From Eledone cirrhosa (lineage: Eukaryota), in assembly GCA_964016885.1 (NCBI GenBank), contig OZ024753.1, positions 35,464,001 through 35,528,000 on the forward strand: a DNA stretch of 64,000 nucleotides, written 5' to 3'. Numbering within the stretch: the stretch's first letter is position 1; each line of letters starts with the position of its first letter. The notes below the pieces were generated by a model, which made no database searches, was not told the DNA's origin, and saw only the letters and a program-made list of their open reading frames with translations. Position numbers and translations under genes: made by a program. Positions 12,116-25,750 of this stretch are shown here, piece after piece.

Positions 12116-15100
12116 ATATGCTGTTACTCTTCTTACATGTACTTGATGGTTAGTATTATTAGCAACCACTTAGGGGCTCCCTAGCTGGCACGAGTGGAGC
12201 TCGCTCAGAGATACGAGGGTGGTTACGCTGTTGTTATTGTTGTTACTGTTGTTGCTGTCGTTTAGTCCCAAGTGAGTAAACCCAAGATTTATTAACTTGA
12301 AGAATCCTCTATGCCCGCCCCACCCCAAGTGATTAACAAATCCACTCAGCCCAGCCACCCCGACCACCCCAGTAACATAATACATGTTGTTCCCACTGAT
12401 AACAGCATCTCGTTGAGTGGGGATAACATTAATATTCCCATCTGGCATAGACAACAGTCAAATTACCTTTTAAAATACCCCCCTGCAGAACCCTTGTTCA
12501 TACCTTAAAATGTGTCAGGGTTCGTACCAAACCCTAAATACTTATCTGTCTCCCTCCTCACCCTACCCCTCATAGCCCAACCGAAAGTATGTCTCAGAAG
12601 CTATGTCAGGGTATGTACCAAACGTAAATGCTTATCTACCCCCACCGAAAGTACGTCTCATTTAAAGAAGCTGATTATAGACCCCTTCCCCCACCCCTCC
12701 ATCATCCTATATGTTCTTTAAAATTTCGTCCTAATCAGGGTACCTACCAAATCCTAAATACCTATTTTGTCCCTCCCCACCTTCACACTAACCCCAACCA
12801 AAAGTATGTCTCAGTTTAAAGAAGTTAATCATGGACCCCTGCCCCCACCAACTCCACCCATCATCATATGTTCTTTAAAATCTTGTCCTAATTAATAAAA
12901 TTCACTCGTTTACTGTTTCCTCCTCCTTATCTCACTAATCACCTGCATTTTTACCCCCCTCCCTCCCCCGGAAACTGATTTAAGGTTTAGCTAGAACGAT
13001 GTTATGTTGGTGTTACTGTTGTTAGGGTTGCTGTTGTTGTTGATGCTGGTGTTGTTGCTGTTGTTGTTGTTGATGTTGTTGCTGTTGTTGTTGGTGTTTT
13101 AGTTGTTGTTTAGTCCCAAGTCATTCATGATGGATTAAACATATATGTCTGTATGTGTGTATGTATGTGTGTATGTATGTATGAATGTGTATGTGTGTGT
13201 GTGTGTATGTATGGATGGACCCATAACTGGTGGTGGAGTTGTAGGGGCACTGTAGTCTCATACAACATTTCTTGAGCCCTTTACACCTGGTGGAACCCAT
13301 ACCACTCTCCCGGGTCTGAACACTGCCTCAAGCTATAGAGACCATGCCAAACAAAGAGATGAGAGGTTTCTTCAAGGACATGAGAATCTCTCTAGAGCCA
13401 GTGAGTGCCGTGTCAAAATGCACCCAGTACACTCTGTAAAGTGACTGGCGATAGGAATGACATCCAGCTATCAAAACCATGCAGAGACTGGAACTTAAGC
13501 GAGATGTGAAACCCACAAATCTACCCACCTCCCACCCATCTGGGAGGACGGTAGCTGTGACAACTTGCTCAACCCATGCCAGCATGGAAAAACAGATGTT
13601 AAATGATGATATTGATGATGATGATGATAATGATAATGATGGAGATAATGATGATAATGATAGTGATGATGATAATGATGTTATGATGATAATGATAATA
13701 ATTGTTTCTACTTTTGGCACAAGGCCAGCAATTACCCAGTATATTACTGGTACTTTATTTTATCGACCCCGTAAGGATGAAAGGCAAAGTTAACCTCGGC
13801 GGGATTTGAACTGAGAATGGCAAGGGCCGTAACTCTATGCATCAAAGCATGGCGATGATAATGATAATAATTGTTTCTACTTTAGGCACAAGGCCAGCAA
13901 TTACCCAGTGCATTACTGGTACTTTATTTTATTGACCCCGTAAGGATGAAAGGCAAAGTCAACCTCGGCGGGATTTGAACTTAGATCGTAAAGGGATGTA
14001 ACTATGCTGGAAAGCATGGCGTCCGACCCTCTACTGATACTGCCAATCCACCGCCCTAATGATGATAATGATAATAATGATGGTGTTGATGATGATGATA
14101 ATGATAGTGTTGATGACAATGATGATAGTGTTGATGATAAAAATGGTGATAGTGATAAATGATACATAGATATTAATATAAAAAGTTTAAAGTCACACAT
14201 TTGCTTATCCTTTATCATAAACAACACATCCCACCCCCACAACGACAGTCACAGACACAGCCACCATCACCAAAATACTACCATCTCCACAATAGGATTG
14301 CTGCTGCCACATCCTACATTACTAGCTCACCCCCACCACCACCATCGTCGTTATCATCATCACCATCACTATCAATATCATCATCGTAATCATCATCACT
14401 GCTGCCATCATTGCCAGAAGCACCCCCCCTCCCCTCCATCATTATTATCATCACCACCACCATCACTGTCAATATCAGCACCACCACCACCACCAACACC
14501 ATCACTGTCAATATCACCACCACCATCACTACTCTCTCAATATCACCACCACCACCACCACCTCTACCACCACAGTCAACATCAGCACCATCATCACCAT
14601 CCTAATTTAACATCTGTTTTTAGGCCACCATGTGTAGTAAAATGTGTAGACAGCTTTAATAACCTCATTATTTCTAATGTCAACCGAGTAGCATAAGGGT
14701 GGGACTCAGGAATAGCAACAACAACAACAGCAGCACTACCATTAACAACAGCAGCAACACCACCAATAACAGCAACAACAGCACCACTACCACCACAACA
14801 ATTCAACAACAGCAGCAGTAGTACCACCACCACCACCAATAACAACAACAACAGCAGCAGTAGCATCACCACCACCACCAACAGCAACAGTAACACCACC
14901 ACCACCACCAACAACAACAGCAGCAGTAGCACCACCACCAACAACAGCAGCAGTAGCATCACCACCACCACCAACAGTAACACCACCACCACCACCAACA
15001 ACAACAACAGCAGCAGTAGCATCACCACCACCACCAACAGCAACAGTAACACCACCACCACCACCAACAACAGCAGCAGTAGCACCACCACCAACAACAG

Positions 15101-17355
15101 CAGCAGTAGCATCACCACCACCAACAGTAACACCACCACCACCACCAACAACAACAGCAGCAGTAGCATCACCACCACCAGGTAGATTCTTCTCCCGAGG
15201 TTAACTTTGCCTTTTATCCTCTGAAGGTCAATAAAAAAAAGTACCAGTCCAGTACTGGGGTAGATTCTTCTCCTGAGGTTAACTTTGCCTTTTATCCTCT
15301 CATCATTTAGTTAATCCCTTAGAATTCTTTATTAATTAATTGGAAAGAGCATATGGTAACAAACAGGTTAAAATACCCCCAAAACAGGTCATATATTGCA
15401 AGACATCTCTACAACTCCATTCAAATATTCAAAAGAAAGGAGTATATTCAGTCTGTGTGTATACCCATTCTTGGTTCTTTACATTCTTCAAGTGGCCATT
15501 GCCACAATAGAATGAGGGTCACCGATGTTGCTGACAGAACCACATTGAATATTATACAATGGTAGAAAAGACTGTCATTTCAACATACTTTATTCTGATT
15601 GGTCCATTTGCTTAATCTTTAATGCGCTAGTAATTTTTATAAATGGTTTCCCTTAACGCTGCATTATTTATTAAAGAGAGATTACTCTGTAGTGCATTAT
15701 GTTGCCAATAACATTCTAAAGGTTAGAATAGAGATTTAGCTGTTATCTTTAACAAGTTAGATAACCCTTTACATGTTCTGTCACCTGACACAAATTAGTA
15801 GTCAGAATGAGTGTGAGAAGTAAAGATATGATGTGATTTAATTTACAGGACTAAAAGGAATTTGTGCAGTAATAACTTACTGAGTGCTTGCCTTTGTTCT
15901 TGTCTTGAAACAATTAAAAACAACTTTGGCACTAAGCCAAAGTAGACAATAAGGTGTTAGTCACCAAACAAAGCTGTACTATCATAAATTAAAATTGCTG
16001 TTATTTATTAATAACATAGATAAATTGTAGTGGCATGCATTCCTAAAGGGCAAGGTAAGCATTCATCATCATCATCATCATCATTTTATGTCCATTGTTC
16101 TATGCTTGCATGGGTTGGACAGGTCCTCCTCAGTACAGCATCTCTCCACTTGTCGCATTCCTTTATCATCTCCTCAGGGAACTTTAGCAATCTGAGATCA
16201 GCTCTCACCACTTCCATCCAGGTCTTCCTCTACTGCAGCTTCCTTCCACTGGGATCACTTGGCACTTCTTTACCCAGCGATCATAATCGATGATTACCTT
16301 AACATTTTAGCATTTAAACCGGCCGTATCTGGCCAGAATTCTCTCACCTCTTTCTGTTTAAACCGGCTGTAACCGACAACTCATAGTAAATAATTCTTTC
16401 CAATATTAGCACAAGGCCAGCAATTTGGGAGAAAGTCGATTATATCTACCCCAGTACTTAACTGGTATTTATAAAGAAAGGCAAAGTTGACCGTGGTGGG
16501 ATTTGAACTCAAAATGTGGAAAGTCATAATTAAATTCCACCAAGCATTTTGTCTGATGCTCTACTGCTTCTGCCAATTTACTGCTCTTAATATTTAAATA
16601 ATAACCACATTCTGGAATAATATATTAAATTAATAATAGATTAAGATTCTTTTGAATTTGTTATATTTTGTTTTGAAAGAGATAATATCATTGTGTGAGA
16701 CAACTGTCTGTTAAATGCATAACATTCCATTTGCTTAGCCTAGCATTATATGACACACCTCTGGTAAATTAGTGCTGACATAATTAACTTTTTTGAGACA
16801 GTATCTTTAATGAAATACACTCATCATCATGAAACTCCTCCTCCTTATCATTTTACATCCGCTTTTCCCTGCTTGCAAGGGTTGGATGGGTTCTATTCAG
16901 CCCAGCATCTCTCCACTTGTCAGATGCCGTGCTGAATAGGACCTGTTCCATTATATATATATATTTATATATCATCATCATCATTTTACGTCCACCTTTC
17001 CCCCGCTTGCAAGAGTGGGATGGGTCCTATTCAGCACAGCATCTCTCCACTTGTCACGGCCCTTCGTCAGCTCCTCCATGATATATATGTGTGTGTGTGT
17101 GTGTGTGTGTATCCCAGGTTCAATCTGGGGTAACCACAGTAAGTAAGGTACTCAATACATAGTAGAGTATATACAATATTTAATATAGAAATGTCTTCTA
17201 CAGGACTAGAACTGTTTCATTCGAAGGAAATCATCCGTGTATTATTGAAGGACGTGAGAAAAAGTACTCAATATCAAAGCAGAGTTTAAATATTCATTTA
17301 ATATAGCTAAGTGGTGAGCCTTACTTCAGAGTGACAAGGCTCACCACTTAGCCAC

Positions 17356-17406
<51 letters not shown>

Positions 17407-18052
17407 GCATGTTCTGACTACAATCCTAAAAAAAAAAACAAAAAAAAAAAACGAATATTTGAATAAAATATATTTATTTTCCTTTCAGATAAAAAAAAAA
17501 CAATAAATAGAAAGAAAAAATAACTCACAACAACAGACTCTGAATTCTACCATGTTTGAGAAAACCACTAATACTATGAGTTTATGTGTGGGTGTAGGTA
17601 TGTGGGTGTATGCATGTAAGTGTGTGTGTATATGCATGTGTGTGTGTATATGCTTGTGTCTACGTTCGTGTATATGTGTCGATGTGTATGCATATGTATC
17701 TATTCAGCTGTGTGTGTGTGTTTGCATATGTGTGTGGGTGCATATGTGTCTACGTGGGTATATATATATATATATATATATATAATGAAAATTATTGTGT
17801 ACAGTGCTTAGGTGCACTATAACAAAAATATATGTATATGTGTCTATGTGTGGGTGTATATGTGTATGCACGTGTGTCTATGTGTCGGTGTATCTGTGTG
17901 TGTGTATCTGTATGTATCTGTGTGTGTGTATCTGTATGTATCTGTCTGTATGTATGTGTGTCTATGTGTGGGTGTATATGTGTATGCACGTGTGTCTATG
18001 TGTGGGTGTATCTGTATGTATGTGTGTGTGTGTGATGTCCCTCTCTCAGTTA

Positions 18053-18252
18053 TTACAACTGTGTAATATGGACAGATGTTTCCTTCTCTTCAGTGTTTGA
18101 CCCTTGTGAAGACAGCAAGCTGGGGTTTGTTATAATGTACTGGTCCTCAGCCTCCCTGCACTTGTCATCATACTCTGCTCCGACAGTCCACAAAGTCTCC
18201 AGGTCATACAACTCCCTAACGTGAGGTAGAAATATGTGCAGGGCAATATTTC
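18053..18252 (-). CDS. MALSU1: MALSU1 coding exon 4 (terminal)
   Basis: tttaatag|GNIALHIFLPHVRELYDLETLWTVGAEYDDKC...ITQL*. Contains the H.F....R..Y.LE.LW RsfS signature. Phase matches exon 3. Total CDS 1074 nt. Confidence 0.93.
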
Positions 18253-21186
18253 CTATTAAAAGAAAACAACAACAACAACCTATAGCGATATTTATCAATG
18301 GTTTCTGATTTAGGCATAAGGCCGACAATTTGGGAGATGTGGGAGGGGAAAGTTAATTAAATCATCAACCCCAGTGCATTACTGGTACTTTATTTTATCA
18401 ACAGTGTATGGATGAAAGGCAAAGCTAACCTCGTTGAGATTTGAACTCAAAATGTAAAAGGCAGTGACTATATGCCGTAAAGCATGTTATCCAATCCCCA
18501 ACCCATAGCAATATATAATTAGCAACATTAACTTTTAACATCCTGTAATGATTTAATGAATTAACAGAGTCATTAGCATGTCATATAGAATGCTTTGTAG
18601 TATTTGTTCCAGCTCTCTGCACTTTAAATTCCAATGAGGTTAACTTTGCCTTTTATCCTTTTGAGAGTGATAAAAACAAGTACCAGTCTAGTACTGGTGT
18701 TCAATTCTTTCTCTATTTGTTTTCTCTCTCTCACTCTCTATCCTCCTCTGGAAGAAATCTGCCATCTTCAGACCTGAAGAGATGGGCCATGACAGGTTAT
18801 AAAACAAAAATGCCCAGGAAATGCTGTATGTCAATATGGCACCTATACAACTCCCTCAAGAGTTACAGGTCCATAAGAAGAATGATTTAGCAGAAAATAT
18901 CTAAGAACAGGTTTGTCATTTCAAATGAATAGATTGTGGTGAACATTTGTAGCAATAGACTAAAGTAGACTTGAATTTTTAATGAGAGGAAGTTATAGTG
19001 CTGTTTTGTACTTTTCAAGAATGTCTTGCTCATGCTATTTGATGTGGTACAGGACGTTAAGAGTTAATAAATAAAACGAGCATGCTCTACTTGATATTTG
19101 TTGTTAGTGTGCATGAACGATGGTATACAATAGAAATGAGCTGAAAAAAAAAACCTGGGTGTAAGTGGAATCGGATTTAATGTGCAAGATGATAGGTGAG
19201 TAAAGAAGTATCAAGTGAGTGGATCTAAGCGAAGATATTGGAAGAAGTGGGAAGGATAATCTCAAGAAGTTGAGCCCAGGACTTTTACCTGATGAAACCC
19301 TAAAGTATATAAAATTTGAGGCACTTCTCTAAAACAATTCAGGCAAAAATATGTATAAGTATAATTATTATTTTTTATAATCTTGCCTCAAGTGGGACAA
19401 AACCGTCCTACTTATGCTAGCGTGGAAGATGGACGTTAAACGATGATGATGAGGATGATGTTAATGATAAAGAATAATATATATATCTTCCCCTCACTCT
19501 TTCTATTTCTTCATTAATTTCTCATTCTTTCTTCTGATGAAGGACTAGCGTTCAAAACATTAAGACTCTTTTCCTACTATATCAAGCGTAAAACTAATAA
19601 TATATTTCTTCATTGTACTGTTGTTTGCTTTGTTATTTCTGTTTCCCTTTTGCATATATACACATATATATATGGATGCATACATGCATATAGATTTGCA
19701 TATATATCTATATATATATCTATATATATATATAAAATCATCATCATCACTGTTTAACGTTGAGTTTAAGTGTGTGCATGCATGTGTTTGTATAGAGAAA
19801 AATATGTTAGTAAAATAAATGTTTGTTTGACAAACAAACACAAACACTATTTCAGAGCTAAATATTTTTTCTGTGAGTGTGTGCATGAGGGAGAGTGTGT
19901 GAGTGTGTGTTTATTTTTTGCTTTTATTGAATTTTTTTCTTCGTATTAATATTTCAAAATAGCTGAAGACACAGAGTACAGTGGTAATGTAGCATTTCAA
20001 ATCAGATTAAATCGAAGGAAGTATTTCTGGATTAATAGTAAAGGAATCCTATGAGAGGATTAGAAGCAGAGTACTGTGGATTCCTAATTCTAAGACAATA
20101 GCTGTAATAGTTGGCATTAAGTTCTGTAGTGACTGTAAGTAGATTAAGATTAGAGATGTTTGGTTATCTTACTGGATAGGAAGAAGTAGAGGACAACATA
20201 TCTACTGGTGCAGTGGATGATTGGATAGCTGGCTGGTTGGTTGGTTGGTCAGTTAGGTGGGTGGGTGGGTGGCTGGAGCAATAGATGGTTGGTTGGTTGG
20301 TTGGGTAGGTGGATGTCTGGTTGGATGGATGGATGATTGGATGGTTGGTTGGTAGGATGGTTAGGTGGTTGGATGGATGGCTGGCTGGCTGGCTGGTTGC
20401 CTGGTGAAATGGATGCATGGATAAGAAGGACTGGATATTATAGAGGTTCTGAGTAAGGGAAGAAGAGAGGGTGTTGTATATACACACACATACACATACA
20501 CACATACACATATACACACATACACATACACACACATATATATATATATAAGGAGAGGGAAAGAAGAGAGAACGTTTGATGGGATGGTGTATGGTTGGAA
20601 GACATGGGAAGTGTGAATGTGGAAGATCTGGAAGGAAGGGTGTGGGAGTGAAATGAGGTAAGCGCAATGTTTTGAATGCTTAAATGTAAACTTGGATGAG
20701 ATGAGAGATAGAACCCATATGAAACTAAGAGAGAAGCTGCTTATTTGAGAGAGAGACTTAATCTATCATCCAGTTAAATACCATCTCCTGGTACTTAACT
20801 GCCTATAATGGAGTCCACTCTATTGCAAGCATTTGTTTGAAGGTACCCCCCCCCCACACACACACCAGTTTTGGGGAGCCCTAAAAAGGGTCATGGGCAC
20901 TTCCTGACGAATAAGTAAAAAAACATTAAAAAATTAAAGGACTCTGCAGGGTTTAATACCTTTCAGCAGGTGATATGCCATACATAACTTCCACCCACCC
21001 TTCTCTCTCTGTTCACAGGACCCCACATCTCAAGAGAAATGTCATGTTGTCATTAAGGCTTCACCCTCTGACTCAGCACCAAGATTGTACCAGATTAAAA
21101 CCCACATAAGGAGAGCTGGGTGGATCTAGACCGATGAATTTCGATTATAATCATAACTTATCTCAGCACTTAACATGTGTATGTAT

Positions 21187-21223
<37 letters not shown>

Positions 21224-21224
21224 A

Positions 21225-22672
21225 TGAAATGACAGGAGGCTGGATTTGTGTAAATCCTTGAAAGGTTTATTATACTATGATCATTTCAATGACCGGGTTC
21301 CGTATGAATCCGGTGATATCATCAGGTATTCGAAATATAATACGTGAATGTAATAGGTAAAATCCATGGGGCTGAAAATCGAGACCCGAGGGCGACCGCT
21401 ATTCTGTTCCTTCAACCTCAGCCGGTCGCCCTGGAGTGACGTGGCTAAATTTTATAGTATGCTACTACCGGTCAGATGAACGAAAACATAAAGAGATGGG
21501 AGCATAGGTTAACGTCGATCCCATGACACAAGGTAAAAGAAAGAAAGAAAGGAAGGAGAAGAAGGGGGAAGAAAGAAGAAGAGAAGTCAGGGTTAATGTC
21601 AGCTAAAAGAGGAAGGTAACTACTACTGGTCAGATATAGGCAAGCAAGAGGGGGAAGGAATATAAGTCTGCAGGGAGGAGGAGAGGAGAGAAGGAAGGGA
21701 AGAGAGAAGTAGAAAAGTAAGGGTTGATGGCTACAAGAAGGAAGATAGAAAGGAAGAGGAAGAAAGGTCGATATTAATGTCAGACCACAGTCAAGCCAGG
21801 AGTGACGCGAGAAAATTTTCACAGGGACCCGCATCTTAGCGGAGATGGATATATTGGGAGTCAGTGTTTTACAGTGTTTAGACTTCTAGGATGAAGTTAA
21901 AAAAATTTAATAATCAATATTCAATATTAAAGAGGTTAGAAAATTTAAAGTTCAACAGTTTAGCAATTAATTATATAATAGTTCCGATTTGTTCTGTAAT
22001 TTAAAGGTACTATTTGGCGGTTAAAACAACGGCCGCGCCCCGGGCCCCATGGCGAATTAAGCCACGCCGAGTATTTTCATTTACTGAAAGGGGAAATTTA
22101 TTTTTCCAAGCACTCTAGGTGAGCTCGTTCGCCACGGAGCTGGTCGCGCCGCCATTAAAACCCACCCAACAGTCCGACAGAAAGTTGGAACTTTAAAATT
22201 TAGCTTAGCGAAGTAAAAGAGTAATGGTTGATAGCTACAAGAAGGAAGATAGAAAGAGAGAGGAAGGAAGGTCCATATTAATGTCACACCACAGTCGGGC
22301 CAGGAGTGGCGCGACAAAATTTTCACAGGGACTCGCATCTTAGCAGAGGTGAATATAATGGGGGTCAGTGTGTTACAATGTTTAGACTTATAGGATGAAG
22401 TTAAAAGACTAATAAATTAATAATCAATATTCCATATTAAAGAGGTTAGAAAATTTAAAGCTCAACAGTTTCAGGTTGATATATATAATAGTTCCGATTT
22501 GTTCTGTAATTTAAAGGTACTATTTGGCGGTTAAAACACCGGCCGCGCCCCAGGCCCCATGGCTAATTAAGCCACGCCGAGTATTTTCATTTACTGAAAG
22601 AAGGGGAATTTATTTTTCCAAGCACTCCAGGTGAGCCCGTTCGCCAGGGAGCTGGTCGCGCCGCCGCTAAAA
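21225..22672 (-). mobile_element. Probable Penelope-like element remnant with an internal tandem duplication of about 505-510 bp
   Basis: Minus strand reads: duplicated GC-rich block, then pyrimidine-rich tract, hammerhead, AATAAA and a (TA)n flank. Units about 21706-22161 and 22210-22672. No recognisable RT or endonuclease ORF. Confidence 0.45.
21272..21329 (-). ncRNA. Minimal type I hammerhead ribozyme motif, sense to MALSU1 intron 3
   Basis: Minus strand: AUAC-CUGAUGA-U(aucACCGGauucauacggaacCCGGUcau)U-GAA-AUGAUCAU-A-GUAU, followed by AAUAAA. U.U mismatch at the base of stem II. Confidence 0.65.
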
Positions 22673-23617
22673 CACACTCACTCATGTATATGTACATATA
22701 TATATATACATACATACATGTGTGTATATATATATATACATACATACAAACACACACATGTATATATATGTATGTATATATATATATATATGTATGTATA
22801 TATATATATGTGTGTGTTTGTATGTATGTATATATATATATACACACATGTATGTATGTATATATATATATGTACATATACATGAGTGAGTGTGTGTATA
22901 AATATAAGGTGGGTGAGAAAGTGAGGTGAGAGGAGAGAGTATTTGTGTGTGTATGTGTGTATACACTAAAAGATATTGTTTACATTTGTTAACTAATTCA
23001 TATAAATATATATGTGTGAGAGAGGGAGTCAGAGAGAGACTATTTATATACAGTAGTGAATGTTATACTGGTGTGTTTTTGTGTGTGCTAATGTTCAAAT
23101 GTATTTATGTAATTATATGTATCTATGTATGTATATGTGTATGTAGGTACGTCAGTGTAGATAACTAATACACAACTGCAAGCTCTTTCCGCAATCCTTT
23201 ACAAATATAAATAGAAAACCCCAACAACAAAAAAGACACCCTTCTCTCATCAAACTAAGATTGGTTCTTAATACCAACCAATACCAGTAACAATTGGCTT
23301 TCCATTAAAACTTGTGAAGGAATGTTTTTAACACTCACCACCACGCAGACATATCATTTCATTCCAAGGACTAACTTAAGGCTTAGTTGAGGTGTGCGAG
23401 GGGACAGATAGAGTATATACCAGGTGTAAAGATGGAAATGTGGTTGAGTTGTTAGAATATCAGATAGAATGCTTTGTGGTATTTGTTCTGGCTCTCTGAG
23501 TTCAAATTCTACTAAGATCAACTTTGTCTTTCATGATTTCGAACTCAATAAAAAAGTACCAGTTCAGTACTGGGGTCGACTCTGTGTGTCTCTCTCTCTC
23601 TCTCTATATATATATAT

Positions 23618-24130
23618 GATAGCTGATGATAGCTGCATAAAAAGATGCAGAGCACTAGAAGTCGATGGAAACCACGGAGTGGGGAGACCCAAGATGACCT
23701 GGGATGAGGTGATAAAAGCCGACCTTACCCAATTACACCTCTCAAAGGCGATGACACACGACCGTGACCTCTGGCGTCACACAGTAATACAGAATACCCG
23801 ACCTCCCATGGGTACAAGCTGAAGCATATAGACAATATGCCCCCACAACCCCCCACTGTAAGGTGGTCGTGGAGGTGCCACGGCAAAAAAGCACCCAGCC
23901 CAGATTGTAAAGTGGACGTGTAAGTGCCACGAAAAAGCACCCAGCACTCACTGTAAATGAGGTTGGTGTTAGGAAGGGCAGCCAGCTGTAGAAATCAAGC
24001 CAAATCAGTTCCTGTATGAGCAAGGCATGGTCAGCCGACCAGACACTGCCCACAACAGGACAACCTGTCTAACCCATGCTAGCTTGGAAGAACGGACGTA
24101 AAACGGTGATGATGATGATGATGATGATGA
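23618..24130 (+). mobile_element. RTE LINE 3' fragment
   Basis: Near-identical to 39690-40202 (DDSCIKRCRALEVDGN...), with a (GAT)n tail. Confidence 0.88.
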
Positions 24131-25099
24131 TATATATATATATATATCTTTCTCACTTCCTCTTTAGTGAGAGGGGATGGGCTCTGCCAGATTTCAAATG
24201 CTCAAGACATGCCATATATCACAACACTACACCTACGACTCTATCAGGAGTTAACGAGTTCATACATATATACTTGGCAGGTGTGGGTTAGAAATTTCCC
24301 CTGACATAAAATTAGTTACATTATTGTATTTCATCATAAGTACACTAGTATATAGTTAGTTGCTAGTCAAATTTTAGCAATATACTTTTTCTTCACTACT
24401 TGTAGGCAAAAATGAAAATAATATTAGCACTAATTAATAACATATGTTTGATATTTTTAATTTTGTAATTATATTAGCTTCAAATAAGCTGCCTCAACAC
24501 GGGGTCTTTTGACTATAGAATATAGTCCAACAAGTTGGGAATATCAGCCCCTAGACACTGAAGAAGTGGATAGTATCATCTATGGGACTCACACTCACAT
24601 GTGCTGTATGCCGGACAGCCGTGTTACCATTACCCCAAAGCAAAGCTGATCACTTACCTATCATTTTTAAGCCTTATCTACTGGCCACTTGATGTAAATA
24701 TTGAATCAGTGATAGTCACTGTACTCTTTCAGAAAGATTGCTAAACAAAGGGTTGGGAGGACCCTTCAGTCATGTTAAGGACATGACACCCTCCCTAGTG
24801 TTGGTGATCTACATGATAAACACACTCAGTACATGCTGCTAAGTGGTTGGTGATAGGAAGGACACCCAGCCGTAAAAAGCTTGCCAAAGAAAAGGTTGGG
24901 AGGACCTGTCAGTTATGTCAAGGACATGACAACCTCTCCTGTGCACTTGATAGAAGAAGAGGCCATACATAAGTGAGATACAGACCTCTCCAGATCTGTC
25001 TGGGATCTCAGAAGCCTTGGTTCAGTACTGACTTTATCTATGTAGAACTGTCCACCACATGCAAGCAGGGAAAGTGGACATCAAATGACAATAATGATG

Positions 25100-25142
<43 letters not shown>

Positions 25143-25146
25143 TATA

Positions 25147-25519
25147 TCATCATCATCATCATCATCATCATCACCATTTTACGTCCGTTCTTCCAAGCTA
25201 GCATGGGTTAGACAGGTTGTCCTGTTGTGGGCAGTGTCTGGTCGGCTGACCATGCCTTGCTCATACAGGAACTGATCTGGCTTGATTTCTACAGCTGGAT
25301 GCCCTTCCTAACACCAACCTCATTTACAGTGAGTGCTGGGTGCTTTTTCGTGGTGCCTACACGTCCACTTTACAGTGTGGGCTGGGTGCTTTTTTTGCCG
25401 TGGCACCTCCACGACCACCTTGCGGTGGGGGGTGTGGGGGCATATTGTCTATATGCTTCAGCTTGTACCCATGGGAGGTCGGGTACTCTGTATTACTGCA
25501 TGACGCCAGAAGTCACGGT
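25147..25519 (-). mobile_element. RTE LINE 3' fragment (inverted relative to the 23618 copy)
   Basis: Reverse complement of the same 3' UTR, with an (ATC)n tail at its left end. Confidence 0.85.
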
Positions 25520-25701
25520 GGTGAATTGGCAGTATCGGTAGAGGGTTGGATGCCATGCTTTGATGCATAGAGTTACGGCCCTTGCCATTCTGAGTTCAAA
25601 TCCCGCCGAGGTTAACTTTGCCTTTCATCCTTACGGGGTCGATAAAATAAAGTACCAGTAATGCACTGGGTAATTGCTGGCCTTGTGCCAAAAGTAGAAA
25701 C

Positions 25702-25750
<49 letters not shown>

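Noticed and set aside
21870-21900. LHPRSLN on the minus strand, reminiscent of a GIY-YIG C-terminal PxGLN motif
   Set aside because: Immediately preceded by an in-frame stop and not preserved in the duplicate copy.
24555-24595. ctgaagaagtggatagtatcatctatgggac as a hammerhead
   Set aside because: GAAA is absent and no stem I or III is evident. At most a heavily decayed copy. CTGATGA at about 8748, 19289, 29535 and 58970 also lacks a partner half.
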